Below are positions 27,169-37,085 of a stretch of 64,000 nt of DNA, in pieces. Each line of letters opens with the position of its first letter. Position 1 is the first letter of the stretch. This DNA comes from Verrucomicrobia bacterium UBA3624 (GTDB taxonomy: Bacteria > Verrucomicrobiota > Kiritimatiellia > RFP12 > UBA1067): NCBI GenBank assembly GCA_002373695.1, contig DFLH01000076.1, forward strand, positions 10,035 to 74,034. Direction: 5' to 3'. A model generated the notes under the pieces. That model was not told the origin of the DNA. It saw only the letters and a program-made list of their open reading frames with translations, and ran no database searches. The translations under genes were made by a program, and so were the position numbers.

Positions 27169-28314
27169 ATGAAGACGGTTCTCTATTTTTACGACAACAC
27201 CTTCGCCATGGTGAGGAGAAGCCTGTCGGGGATTCTGCCAGAAGCAAAGAATCTGCGCTGGCATGTTGAGCCGATCGATCTCACGGGGAGGACGCATATG
27301 CTCGGGAGACTGTTGCGTTTCTGGAATCCGGACGGAATAATCGTTCACGGAGCGCTGGCGCGCCACGCGGTGTTCCGTTCGGACATCTTTGGATCGATCC
27401 CTGTTGTCTGGTGCGATGCCGATTCATCGCGCCTGCGAAGCCCTCATTCGGGAGTTCTTCACGATTCGCGCGAGACGGCAAGGAAGATGGCTCGCGAATT
27501 GATCGGCCTTGGGTTTGATTCCTACGCATACGTCGGGTGGTTCGAACGCCGTGACTGGTCGGTTGAACGCGAGGCGGTGTTCCGCGAGGAGACGGCGCTT
27601 GCGGGGAAGATGTTTGGGGCATTCAATCCATGGAATAGAGGACGATGCGCGAATATCGTGGACTACCTTGAGAAGCTAGAAACCTTCCTTCTGAGGTTGC
27701 CGCGTCCGTGCGGAGTGCTGGCGGCCAATGACGCAACGGCGGTCTACGTGCTGAGAATAGCGGAGAAATCGGGCATCGTCGTGCCGGACGAAATGGCGGT
27801 TGCGGGCATCGACGACGATGACCTTGTCTGCGAGAACAGCGTACCGACACTCACAAGCATCGCGCCCGATTTCGCACGTTCCGGAAAACTTGCCGTGGGA
27901 CTTCTTGCGCGTCGCCTGTCAAGTCCGCATATTTGCCACGAAATCGTGTCGTACGGATCCACTGACGTGGTGCGGCGGCAGTCCACGCGGCGGTTCGCAC
28001 AGAAGGACATCCGTGTGATCAAGGCAGTCGAATACATCAGGCTCAACGCCTGCAAAGGCGTCGGCGTGGCGGATGTCGTGCGGGAAATGGGCGTCAATCC
28101 CCGTACGGCGGAAATCCGTTTCAAGGAAATCGCCGGGCATTCCATGCGAGATGAGATTCTGACCGTGCGCATCGCCCGGGCGAAAGAGATGCTGGCAAAT
28201 CCGCGCAACTCCGTGGATGCCGTGGCATTGGCTTGCGGGTACTCGGACGCGCGTACGTTGCGCCACGTGTTCCGCAAACACTGCGGAATCTCGCTCCGCT
28301 CATGCCGTCGGTGA
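27169..28314 (+). CDS. XylR-like hybrid regulator: periplasmic-binding-protein-like sugar-binding domain + AraC-type HTH
   Basis: LacI/PBP-like segment (AVAGIDDDDLVCENSVPTLTSI) and C-terminal AraC HTH (YSDARTLRHVFRKHCGISLRSCRR). Confidence 0.75.
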   Translation: MKTVLYFYDNTFAMVRRSLSGILPEAKNLRWHVEPIDLTGRTHMLGRLLRFWNPDGIIVHGALARHAVFRSDIFGSIPVVWCDADSSRLRSPHSGVLHDSRETARKMARELIGLGFDSYAYVGWFERRDWSVEREAVFREETALAGKMFGAFNPWNRGRCANIVDYLEKLETFLLRLPRPCGVLAANDATAVYVLRIAEKSGIVVPDEMAVAGIDDDDLVCENSVPTLTSIAPDFARSGKLAVGLLARRLSSPHICHEIVSYGSTDVVRRQSTRRFAQKDIRVIKAVEYIRLNACKGVGVADVVREMGVNPRTAEIRFKEIAGHSMRDEILTVRIARAKEMLANPRNSVDAVALACGYSDARTLRHVFRKHCGISLRSCRR

Positions 28315-28414
28315 TTCGTATTTTATCCGTTTTTTATTTCGCATATCGCACACAATCCTCAATCGTGCTTTGGTAGAATGTGAAACATCCAAACCACCTT
28401 CAGGAGAAATGACG

Positions 28415-29707
28415 ATGATTGCGATCGAACGTATGAGATATCTCGGTGCGTTGGCCGGGTTTTTGATGTCTGCCGCTGTCTTTTCAGGGACGTTGCCCGC
28501 AGGGTACACGCAGTTGATGTATATTGAATCGACGGGTACGCAGTACATCGACACGGGCGTGGTATTCGCCTACACCAATGGCTTTTCAATCACCTACCAG
28601 GTGACGTCGGCGGAAAGCCATCAGCGGTTTTGCGGGTCTATAGGCTCTGCAACAGACTCTCGATGCTGCGTAGGGGCGAACAGTCAGGGAGACGGAGATG
28701 TGTCGCTGGCGTACGTCGGATGGAACGGGCTGGTGGTTTCATCGACAGCCGGCGTGCAGGATATGTCTATGGGCACGATCGACGTCAACTACAGAAACCT
28801 CCGATTCTACAATTGCCGTGACGCTGGGAACGGCAAGGTTGAAGTTCTCAAGACGCAAAACGCGACATTCTGTCTTTTCGCGTGTAAAAACAGCAACGGC
28901 ACTCTGACGTACGGCAAATGTCGCATCATGGCGTTCAGGATCTCGAGCGGAGACAATATCGCCATGGACTGCGTACCGGCCCGGCGCGATTCCGACGGCG
29001 TTCTCGGCATGTACGATATCGTGGGAGGTGCGTTCTTCACGAACCGCGGCACGGGAACATTTACGGGCGGGGCCGCCATCGGGAAGCCCGGCCAGTCCGG
29101 GTATGTCGTGCTCGACTATCTGGAATCCACCGGCGCCGGTCAATATATCGATACCGGCGTGATCTTTACCGGGCAGCACGGTTTCGCCATCACGTACCAG
29201 AACGTGAGACCGGCAAGTTTCCATGTGTTCTGCGGCTCGCGGGCGGACGGTGATTCAAGATGTTTTCTGGGGTCGAACGGTCAGACGACCCCTACCGCCA
29301 CAATAGGATGGAATACGGTCGTCGAATCCGGGAATGTCAACGACCTCTGCAAGGGAACGGCAAGCGTGAACCTCTACGCCTCGAAGTCGTACGATTGCAG
29401 AGGAACGAGCGGATCGGTCTCCGCCGATCTGGCAGACCAAGGTTCGAACACCTTCGCGCTTTTTGCGTATAAATTCAACGGGAGTATTTCCAACCACGGC
29501 AACTGCCGCATCTCTTCCTTTACCATGACAAAGGGAAGCGACGTCGTAATGAGCCTGACGCCGATCCGCCGCCTGTCGGACGGAGCGCTAGGGATGTACG
29601 ACATCGACAGGCGGGTGTTCTATCCCAATCTCGGCAGCGGAGAATTCCTGGCCGGTGCGCCTTTAGAGGTCGTCTACACCGGCGGTACTGTGATCGTGGT
29701 GAGATAG
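28415..29707 (+). CDS. Secreted protein of unknown function made of two roughly 215-aa internal repeats
   Basis: Signal peptide MIAIERMRYLGALAGFLMSAAVFSG. Repeat 1 YIESTGTQYIDTGVVFAYTNGFSITYQ...GVLGMYDIVGGAFFTNRGTGTFTGG. Repeat 2 YLESTGAGQYIDTGVIFTGQHGFAITYQ...GALGMYDIDRRVFYPNLGSGEFLAG. No known catalytic motif. Confidence 0.55.
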   Translation: MIAIERMRYLGALAGFLMSAAVFSGTLPAGYTQLMYIESTGTQYIDTGVVFAYTNGFSITYQVTSAESHQRFCGSIGSATDSRCCVGANSQGDGDVSLAYVGWNGLVVSSTAGVQDMSMGTIDVNYRNLRFYNCRDAGNGKVEVLKTQNATFCLFACKNSNGTLTYGKCRIMAFRISSGDNIAMDCVPARRDSDGVLGMYDIVGGAFFTNRGTGTFTGGAAIGKPGQSGYVVLDYLESTGAGQYIDTGVIFTGQHGFAITYQNVRPASFHVFCGSRADGDSRCFLGSNGQTTPTATIGWNTVVESGNVNDLCKGTASVNLYASKSYDCRGTSGSVSADLADQGSNTFALFAYKFNGSISNHGNCRISSFTMTKGSDVVMSLTPIRRLSDGALGMYDIDRRVFYPNLGSGEFLAGAPLEVVYTGGTVIVVR

Positions 29708-29718
29708 GAGTTCAATTC

Positions 29719-32289
29719 ATGCAGACGGCCATGCGACCGGGAATTCCGTTTCTTGCGGCGCTGGCGGTTTTCACAACCGCCGGCGCGGACGTCCTCGACG
29801 TGACGGCGCTGGGCGCGAAGCGCGACGGGAGCACCGATGTCAGCGAAATCGTAAATTCCAACACGCACAAGGGTGCGCTGTTCTTTCCCGCCGGGCTCTA
29901 CATGGTGGAACATCCGCTCGTGCTGAAGAATCCCATACGCGGAGAAGGCTATTCGCGTTCGAGGAATATGGATGCCTCGCGAACATGGCTCGTTTCGGGA
30001 ATCGATTGCGCGGACGGAACCGCAGGCGTGATGGAATTCGGCGGCGACGCGCCGATGAACGTTGAAAACCTCAATGTCATGTGCAACAGCCGCGAATGCG
30101 GCATCCGCGTTGCCGATTGCCGGCAGGGCACGTACACGTTCATCGACAAGGTGGGCATCTTCAACTGCGCGGCCTGCGGCGTCTATGTGAAAGGACGCGG
30201 ATCGCGCCCCATGTTCTTGGGCAACATGACGATTTTCGGCGCCACCGGAGATCCTGATGCCCGCGCGACGGGAATCCGGCTTGAAGGCATGGCCGATTGC
30301 CGGCTCTCCAACATCGAAATCATGGGGACGAGCATCGGCCTTGAATTGCTCAGCGGCCACACGTACGGCGACAATCTCCACCTGTGGACGGGAGCGATGG
30401 GGAAACGAGGCCCGGGATGGTGGAAGAGCACCCGAGGGATTGTCGTCGGGCGAGACGCCCATTTCACCGGGTCGGAAATATATCCCGATACGTGCTATCA
30501 CGCATTCGACATGCTCGGCGAAGGTTCGTTCTGCGAAATCAGGAACATCATGGTCTGGGAAGACCGTAGTGTCGCCGGCGAAGCCGACCGCGGCGGGTCT
30601 TTCGTCCGGTACGCGGATCCGCGCCGTCCCGGCAGGCTCGCCATAGGCGGCGGTCTCGTCGGCGTGCGCGGGAACGACAAGTCTCCGGGTACCGTCTCGA
30701 AATTCTACTCCCCGTCCGTGGAAGTCCGCGACGTCATTCTCAAGAGCGACTACGCCATAACTGGCGCGAACATGGACAGTCTGTGCCTCGGACGTGCGCT
30801 GCCGGACTACACGGTGCGTTATGCCGACAAGGGATGGTGCAAGGTGGCGGACGTGTTCACCGTGGCGAATACCGGTTCCTGTGCTGGCGTGCTGACCATC
30901 GAAAGCGGTGCTTCATGGCGGATTGCGCTGGAGAAAGGGTCGGATGCATGCGTACGCATGGCGATTACGCCGCTCAATGCGTTGTGCGATGGAAGGGAAA
31001 TCGCAGGGATAGAGGAGGACGGCGTATTCAAGGTCTACATTCGATGCCCGGACACGAAACCGATGGTTGCACGATTCGTCACAGAGTCCATGTGCGACCG
31101 TTTCCGTCCCCTGGACCACGGGTCGCTCCGCTCTTTCCGCAACGGTTCGTCAAGATACCGTGACGTACGTGAGACGCTGGCGTATGTCCGCAATGCCCGC
31201 ATGCCCGGCAAGTGGCCGGGCTTTACGCGCGGCATGGGCATCGGCGGATGGCTCACGAACTACAAGCGGTTCAACGTGCTGCCGGAGAACCAGCGCCTCA
31301 AGATCACGGTCGGCGATCTGGAGCATTTCGATTCGTACATCACCGAGGCCGATGTCGCGAACATCAAGTCCATGGGTTTCGACCACATCCGCCTCGGCTT
31401 CGACCAGATCGTGCTCGAGGAGTCGCCCGGTAAGTACCGCGAACGCACGTTCCGCAAGATCGACGACTTCATCCGCTGGTGCGGCAAGCACAAGATGAAC
31501 GTGGTACTCAACCTCCACAAGGCGATCGGCAACTACTGCGACATCAAGGAAAAAATCGAGCTGCTCGACGACGACGGTCTCCAGCGGCGGTTCATCGACC
31601 TGTGGATCGAGTTCGAACGCCGCTACCATGATTTCCCCGGCCTTGCGTTCGAACTTCTGAACGAGGTTAGGGACGTCGATCCGAAGAAGTGGAACGACCT
31701 CGCAGACCGTACGCTGCGGGCGATTCGCGAGAAGAACCCGGACCGCTGGGTAGTGGTCGGCTCGACGTGCTGGAATTCCGCAGACACGCTGAAGGACCTC
31801 AAGGTTTGGGACGATCCGAAGGTGGTGTACACATTCCACATGTATTCGCCGTTCGAGTTCACGCACCAGCGCGGCGTGCTGCAGGCGCCGACGCTCTACT
31901 ATAACCGCGTGATGGAGTATCCGTCCACCGATGTGGAGCGCTATCGCGACTACAACCGGCTGCACGGCAAGGACGGCGGATACAGGGACGTCAAGGCCGT
32001 CGACAGGGAGTTTTTGAAGGCGTGCTTGGGCGGGGCGCTCGACTTTGCGGAGAAACATCCAGACAAGATCCTCTGGAACGGCGAGTTCGGCACCATCCGG
32101 CACGCGCCGCCCGCGAGCCGCGTGGCGTACATGCGCGACGTCGTCTCGATCTGCAAGGAGGCGGGCATCCCGTGGTGCGTGTGGAACTACCTCTCCACGC
32201 CGAACGACGGCAACCGGTTCTCGCTGGTGGACGACGACACGCGTCGCATCCTGTCGCCGGAACTTCTGAAAGCGTGCCTTGGCGAGTAA
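29719..32289 (+). CDS. Two-domain secreted glycoside hydrolase: N-terminal pectin-lyase-fold (right-handed beta-helix) domain + C-terminal GH5 domain
   Basis: Signal peptide. N-terminal LDVTALGAKRDGSTDVSEIVNS typical of beta-helix glycosidases. C-terminal GH5 catalytic pair FELLNEV (acid/base) and ILWNGEFG (nucleophile). Confidence 0.7.
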   Translation: MQTAMRPGIPFLAALAVFTTAGADVLDVTALGAKRDGSTDVSEIVNSNTHKGALFFPAGLYMVEHPLVLKNPIRGEGYSRSRNMDASRTWLVSGIDCADGTAGVMEFGGDAPMNVENLNVMCNSRECGIRVADCRQGTYTFIDKVGIFNCAACGVYVKGRGSRPMFLGNMTIFGATGDPDARATGIRLEGMADCRLSNIEIMGTSIGLELLSGHTYGDNLHLWTGAMGKRGPGWWKSTRGIVVGRDAHFTGSEIYPDTCYHAFDMLGEGSFCEIRNIMVWEDRSVAGEADRGGSFVRYADPRRPGRLAIGGGLVGVRGNDKSPGTVSKFYSPSVEVRDVILKSDYAITGANMDSLCLGRALPDYTVRYADKGWCKVADVFTVANTGSCAGVLTIESGASWRIALEKGSDACVRMAITPLNALCDGREIAGIEEDGVFKVYIRCPDTKPMVARFVTESMCDRFRPLDHGSLRSFRNGSSRYRDVRETLAYVRNARMPGKWPGFTRGMGIGGWLTNYKRFNVLPENQRLKITVGDLEHFDSYITEADVANIKSMGFDHIRLGFDQIVLEESPGKYRERTFRKIDDFIRWCGKHKMNVVLNLHKAIGNYCDIKEKIELLDDDGLQRRFIDLWIEFERRYHDFPGLAFELLNEVRDVDPKKWNDLADRTLRAIREKNPDRWVVVGSTCWNSADTLKDLKVWDDPKVVYTFHMYSPFEFTHQRGVLQAPTLYYNRVMEYPSTDVERYRDYNRLHGKDGGYRDVKAVDREFLKACLGGALDFAEKHPDKILWNGEFGTIRHAPPASRVAYMRDVVSICKEAGIPWCVWNYLSTPNDGNRFSLVDDDTRRILSPELLKACLGE

Positions 32290-32590
32290 TGGCCCGCCCG
32301 GCGCTGGCGGCACGCTCGCGCCCATTCCCGCCGGCGCGCGCGACGGCAACATCGCCATCGTGGGCGGACGTTGGGAGGACTGCTGCACGCGGCGCGCGGG
32401 CTACGGCCGCACCGGCATGTTCAACCTCCTGCCGCGCAAGAAGGGGAACTTCTACGGCGTCTCCACGCTCATGTTCTTCAACAACTGCGACCACGTGAGC
32501 GTCGTGGGCGCGACCTTGGAAAGGACGGAAAGCCCGGCACGGAGATATTCGATCCGTGGCGTGATCGAGAAAATTGACCGGCCGGAATAG
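32279..32590 (+). pseudogene. Possible 5' remnant of a pectin-lyase-fold (GH28-like) gene
   Basis: About 100 aa, protein-like (DGNIAIVGGRWEDC...GVSTLMFFNNCDHVSVVGATLERTESPARR), resembling the beta-helix N-terminal rungs of polygalacturonases. Starts with TTG overlapping the previous stop and ends after about 100 aa between convergent genes. Confidence 0.3.
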
Positions 32591-32621
32591 CAACGAGGAG
32601 GTAGGGAGGGATGGTGGTCAG

Positions 32622-33761
32622 TCATCCACCATCGGCCTGGCGCCAGGCGCGCATCGTGGTTCCGTAACGTTGGCGAAAAAGCTTCTTCGGGTGATTGGCG
32701 CTGCCGAAGCCGCACTTCCGGCAGACGACCGAGATCGGGTCGCTGGATGATCTGAGCAGCTTGCGCAACGCCTCAAGGCGACGGGCCGTTATGGCTTCCT
32801 TGGGCGACAGACCCCGAATCTCCTTGAAGCGCATGTCCAGAAGCCGCCGTGAAATCTTCAGGCTTTCGCACACGTCCGATACGGTCAGGCCGGACGCCGC
32901 CTTGTCGTTGATGATCGACATCGCGCGGTTCACGAGGCTTTCGGCATAGCGTTCGCCCATGGCTGATTTCCTGACGACCGTGGGTTGCAGTCCGCACGCG
33001 ACCAGTGGCGGAACCGCTTTCCCCGCGAGCATGGCGGAAAGCATGGCAATGGCCGTGTACCCCTCGTCCTCGAAGTCCGGGCAGATCGACGTCAGCGCGG
33101 GGGTGGTGTTCTCGCACAGGAACTCCTCGTTGTCCACTCCGACGACAGAGGCGTCGGACGGGATGGAAAGACCGGCCTTGCGGCACGCATCCATCAGCTC
33201 CACGGCGTAGGAGTCGTTCGCGGCGAAAAGCCCCATGGGGCGCGGCAGGGAGCGGAGCGTGGCGATCAACGTGTCGCGCGAAAGCATCACGGCGCTGCAT
33301 TTGGATTGCCGGGAAACCCTGTCCAGAAAGTGTCGGCCGCGCACGTCGGACCATTCCGGGTTCCCGTTGGCCGGGTAGTATGCGTACGATGCGAAGCGCC
33401 GGTTGCCGAAGAGGATGCGGACGGCCTCCTTCGCGATGGCTTCGTTGTCCGTATGCACGGCGCATAAGTTCCTTCTGGGGGGAGCGGGAAGGGATATCGT
33501 CACGAGCGGCAGAGTGAGGTCGCAGATATGCGCAATGGCGTCTCCAACGCCAAGCGCGCCGACCACAAACGCGCCCACGCCGTCCTTCACAACATCGTCG
33601 ACGTACTGGCGCGTGAGCTCGCGCCCGTCGTCCATGATGCGCAGGGAGATGTTCCCCCTCTCTGTCGCCGCTCGGTACATGCCGCACAGCTTTCGCATCC
33701 TGGAAATCAGCGAACGTTCCATCGCGACGAGGACCTCTACGGCTCTGCTTTTGGTTTTCAT
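32622..33761 (-). CDS. XylR-like hybrid regulator (PBP-like sugar-binding domain + AraC HTH)
   Basis: VVGVDNEEFLCENTTPALTSI together with the AraC HTH C-terminus; paralog of 27169-28314 and 38777-39967. Confidence 0.75.
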   Translation of the reverse strand: MKTKSRAVEVLVAMERSLISRMRKLCGMYRAATERGNISLRIMDDGRELTRQYVDDVVKDGVGAFVVGALGVGDAIAHICDLTLPLVTISLPAPPRRNLCAVHTDNEAIAKEAVRILFGNRRFASYAYYPANGNPEWSDVRGRHFLDRVSRQSKCSAVMLSRDTLIATLRSLPRPMGLFAANDSYAVELMDACRKAGLSIPSDASVVGVDNEEFLCENTTPALTSICPDFEDEGYTAIAMLSAMLAGKAVPPLVACGLQPTVVRKSAMGERYAESLVNRAMSIINDKAASGLTVSDVCESLKISRRLLDMRFKEIRGLSPKEAITARRLEALRKLLRSSSDPISVVCRKCGFGSANHPKKLFRQRYGTTMRAWRQADGG

Positions 33762-33911
33762 GGCAACCAGTATAACACATGATTTCCCAAAATGATACAT
33801 AATAGTGCTTGTTTGGATATGCGGACGGGCTTATAATATTTGGCACAGACGTTGAAGGATGTTGCAGGGAAAGCAATCTTCCATAAAAGAGCAATTGACA
33901 AGGAAATCCAG

Positions 33912-35336
33912 ATGCAAAGAAGAGAATTCATCAAGTCGGGTGCGATGGCAGCAGGTGCGGTGGCCGTGCCGAACATGCTACGTGCGCAGGGATCGAAGGC
34001 GCGCGTGCGCATGGGCTTCATCGGCGTGGGCAACCGCGGCACGCAGCTCATGCACATCTTCATGAAGAACCCGCTCGTCGAAGTGACGGCACTGTGCGAC
34101 ATCTACGAGCCTTACCTGAAGCGCGACGAGTCGGCCTACGACCCCAAGTTCTTCGAATGGGGGCTGAAGGGGCGCATACCCTCGTTTCACCAGAAGGACG
34201 GTTCCCTCAAGCCGCAGGAGGTGGCGCTGGCCGCGCGCGTCAAGGCCGGAACGTGCAGGCTCTACAAGGACTACAAGGCGCTGCTGGCCGACCCCGAGGT
34301 TGACGCCGTCTGCATCGCCACGCCCGACCACTGGCACGCGATACAGACGATCGACGCGATCAAGGCCGGCAAGGACGTCTACTGCGAGAAACCCCTCACG
34401 GCGACTGTCGCCGAGGGCCGCGCGATGGTGAACGCGCAGAAGAACTCGCGCCAGATCGTGGCCGTGGGCCTCAACAGGCGCGGCAACGACGCGTACCGCG
34501 AGTTGAAGAAGGCGATCGACTCGGGCAAGTTCGGAACGTTCCGCACAGGCCGCGCCGCGCGCGTGTCGAATATCTTCCCTAACGGCATCGGCAAGTGTCC
34601 ACCGTGCGACCCGCCGAAGGGCATGGACTGGGACGCCTGGCTCGGGCCGCGCGCGTATCGTCCCTACAAGTACACCACGGCCCCCTACTATTTCCGCTGG
34701 CACGTGGACTTCTCCAGCCAGGTCGGCAACTGGGGCGTGCACTATCTCGACGCGATGCGCTGGATGATGGACGAGCGCGCGCCGTGCGCCGTCACGGCCG
34801 TGGGCGGGAAGTACTACACGGGGGACCGGTCCGACGCGGAGATCCCGGACACGATGTTCTGCCTCTACGAGTTCGCGAGCGGCAAGGCGATGGAGTTCAA
34901 CGTGTTCGAGGGCGGACGCTCCAACCCGATCAGGCAGGGCGAGCTGGAGCTGGCCTCCGGCGACGCGACAGTGTTCGCCGACCAGCGCGGATGGCAGATA
35001 CTCCCGTCGAAGGGCAAGGAGTTCAACAACCCGCTCAATCCGTTCGAGCCGCAGAAGTACGTGTTCAAGGAGGCCTTGCTGGACGACGGGTCGGCGGAAA
35101 GCGCGACGAGGAACGTGATCGGCGATTTCATCGACCGCTGCCTCGACCGCAATCCGCAGGTGCTCTGTCCGCTGGATGAGGGCCATCGCTCGACATGCTT
35201 CGCCCATCTCGCGAACATCGCCTACAAGCTCGGCAAGCGCCTTGAATGGGACGCCGACGCCGAACGCTTCACGAACTGCGACGAGGCGAACAAGCTGCTG
35301 CACTACCAGTACCGCGAAGGCTACCGTCTGGGTTGA
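33912..35336 (+). CDS. Gfo/Idh/MocA family oxidoreductase with Tat signal peptide
   Basis: Tat motif MQRREFIKSGAMAAGAVA; Rossmann segment RVRMGFIGVGNRGTQ; family-typical EKP motif (VYCEKPLT). Confidence 0.8.
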   Translation: MQRREFIKSGAMAAGAVAVPNMLRAQGSKARVRMGFIGVGNRGTQLMHIFMKNPLVEVTALCDIYEPYLKRDESAYDPKFFEWGLKGRIPSFHQKDGSLKPQEVALAARVKAGTCRLYKDYKALLADPEVDAVCIATPDHWHAIQTIDAIKAGKDVYCEKPLTATVAEGRAMVNAQKNSRQIVAVGLNRRGNDAYRELKKAIDSGKFGTFRTGRAARVSNIFPNGIGKCPPCDPPKGMDWDAWLGPRAYRPYKYTTAPYYFRWHVDFSSQVGNWGVHYLDAMRWMMDERAPCAVTAVGGKYYTGDRSDAEIPDTMFCLYEFASGKAMEFNVFEGGRSNPIRQGELELASGDATVFADQRGWQILPSKGKEFNNPLNPFEPQKYVFKEALLDDGSAESATRNVIGDFIDRCLDRNPQVLCPLDEGHRSTCFAHLANIAYKLGKRLEWDADAERFTNCDEANKLLHYQYREGYRLG

Positions 35337-35382
35337 TCGTTTTGCTTTTCCCTGGAATTGTTCATTTTCCAAGGAGAAAAAC

Positions 35383-36927
35383 ATGAAGAAAATCAACGTT
35401 AAGCATCTAGTCTGGACAATGGCCTTGGTCGCGTCCCTGCCCGTGCTGGCTGGAGATGCCGGGTGGACGGTTTCGAAAAGCTGTGCGAAGTACGTGCGGA
35501 TCGAAGGCGACCGGCTGATCGTGGACGTGCCGCCGGGTGTGACCAATGTCTGCGCGTACGCGACGCGGCCGATCGACCTCTCCGGCTTCTCGCAGTGCGT
35601 GCTGGAGGCGCACGTGCGGTGCCGCGGCGAGAACGTGGTGCGCGATCCGCGTCCTGCCCGGGGCGTCAAGCTGTCGCTCCACTATGACTACGAAGGCAGG
35701 CGGCGTTATCCGTGCGCGTCGGCGCCGGAAGAGGGATCTTTCGACTGGATGGAGCTCGAGCTGGGGGTGCCCTTCGGCAAGATTCCGCCGGCCGGGTGGG
35801 GCAATTCGCAGCTGGTCCTGGGGCTGCAGCAGACATCGGGCCGCGTTGAATTCGATCTGCCGTCCTTCTCCTACCGCAAGGCGCCACCGATCTTCCCGCG
35901 CGAGGACAATTCCCGCCTGGTGCGCTATCCAGAACGTATCTCTTCCCTGCCGCGGATGCGCGGCGTGATGGGGCTGGGATGCTGCCGGAACACCGAAAAG
36001 GACATCGAGGACCTGAAGAACTACGGGGCGAACCTCATCCGCCTGCAGATGAACGGGTTCGCCGCGAAGCAACCGCTGAAGGGCGGGAAGGCGAAGACGC
36101 TCGCCGACTGGGACAGATGGCTCGCGAAGAACCTCGACCATGCCGAGGTGGTGCTGGGCTGGCTGGAAAAGCGCGGCATGATGATGGTGCTCGATCTGCA
36201 CAACCCTCCACTGAGAGGATATGGCAAAGACGGGGATGTCTTCTACGTGCAGGCCAACGCGGACCGGCTCGTCTCCGCCTGGCGGGAGATCGCCGCGCGG
36301 TTCAAGGGACGGAAGGGCATCTACGGCTACGACATCATGAACGAGCCGGCGCAGAACCGCCGGGCGCTGCCCGACTGCGACTACTGGAACCTCCAGAGGC
36401 GGGCGGCGGAGGCGATCCGCGAGGTCGATCCCGACGCCACCATCGTCGTCGAGAGCAACGAGTGGGACAGTCCCGGCGCATTCGAGTATCTCAAGGCGCT
36501 GGACATGGACAACGTCGTCTACCAGGTCCACATGTACTGGCCGGGGGCCTTCACCCACCAGGGGGCGAACGGAGCGGCGCGTCCGACAGCGGAACAGCTG
36601 CTTTCCTACCCGAACAAGGAGAAGGGCTGGGACAGGGAAGCTCTTCGCCGCAAGCTTGAGCCGGTGCGGGAGTTCCAGCGGCGCCACAACGCCAGGATAT
36701 ACGTCGGCGAGTTCTCCGCCTGCATCTACGCGCCCGGAGCGGGACAGTACCTGCGGGACTGCATCTCGATTTTCGAGGAGTACGGGTGGGACTGGACCTA
36801 CCACTCCTTCCGCGAGGCGCTCTGGTGGAACGTGGAGACGGTGATCGACGAGGCGACGGGCAAGCCCGTGCCGAATAGGGACAACGACCGCTTCCGCGCC
36901 CTGGTCGACGGGTTCAAGGGAAAATGA
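35383..36927 (+). CDS. GH5 family glycoside hydrolase with an N-terminal accessory (CBM-like) domain
   Basis: Signal peptide MKKINVKHLVWTMALVASLPVLA. Catalytic acid/base DIMNEP and nucleophile IYVGEFS. Its last 100 codons are duplicated at 46584-46883. Confidence 0.8.
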   Translation: MKKINVKHLVWTMALVASLPVLAGDAGWTVSKSCAKYVRIEGDRLIVDVPPGVTNVCAYATRPIDLSGFSQCVLEAHVRCRGENVVRDPRPARGVKLSLHYDYEGRRRYPCASAPEEGSFDWMELELGVPFGKIPPAGWGNSQLVLGLQQTSGRVEFDLPSFSYRKAPPIFPREDNSRLVRYPERISSLPRMRGVMGLGCCRNTEKDIEDLKNYGANLIRLQMNGFAAKQPLKGGKAKTLADWDRWLAKNLDHAEVVLGWLEKRGMMMVLDLHNPPLRGYGKDGDVFYVQANADRLVSAWREIAARFKGRKGIYGYDIMNEPAQNRRALPDCDYWNLQRRAAEAIREVDPDATIVVESNEWDSPGAFEYLKALDMDNVVYQVHMYWPGAFTHQGANGAARPTAEQLLSYPNKEKGWDREALRRKLEPVREFQRRHNARIYVGEFSACIYAPGAGQYLRDCISIFEEYGWDWTYHSFREALWWNVETVIDEATGKPVPNRDNDRFRALVDGFKGK

Positions 36928-36952
36928 AGCCGACACGGAGTAACTTCTTGGT

Positions 36953-37031
36953 TGACCGGATGAAAGTTCTGAATGTGACCGAATGGAGCGTAAAAATATG
37001 ACCGAATGAAATCCAAAAATATGACCGAATG
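36953..37031 (+). promoter_or_regulatory. Array of four direct repeats [T/G/A]TGACCG[G/A]ATG spaced 22-23 bp apart, immediately upstream of the -35 of the ATPase promoter
   Basis: Copies at 36953-36963 (TTGACCGGATG), 36975-36985 (GTGACCGAATG), 36998-37008 and 37021-37031 (both ATGACCGAATG). The spacing is two helical turns. Confidence 0.55.
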
Positions 37032-37033
37032 AC

Positions 37034-37063
37034 ATTGACTTCCAGCCGTCCAGAATGATATAA
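37034..37063 (+). promoter_or_regulatory. Sigma70-type promoter (-35 TTGACT, 18-nt spacer, -10 TATAAT) of the second DUF4143 ATPase gene
   Basis: Consensus-like hexamers 23 nt upstream of the ATG at 37086. Confidence 0.55.
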
Positions 37064-37085
37064 TGGCGGCCAAAGAACTAAAAAG

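Noticed and set aside
28217-28414. N-terminal 66-aa extension of the tandem-repeat protein ORF
   Set aside because: The upstream part is Arg/Cys-rich and overlaps the AraC gene's 3' end. An RBS (AGGAG) sits 8 nt before the ATG at 28415, so the shorter start was used.
33978-37035. Long minus-strand ORFs (563 aa and 542 aa)
   Set aside because: Antisense to the Gfo/Idh/MocA and GH5 genes, which have clear motifs, signal peptides and RBSs; Arg/Ala/Val-rich artefacts.
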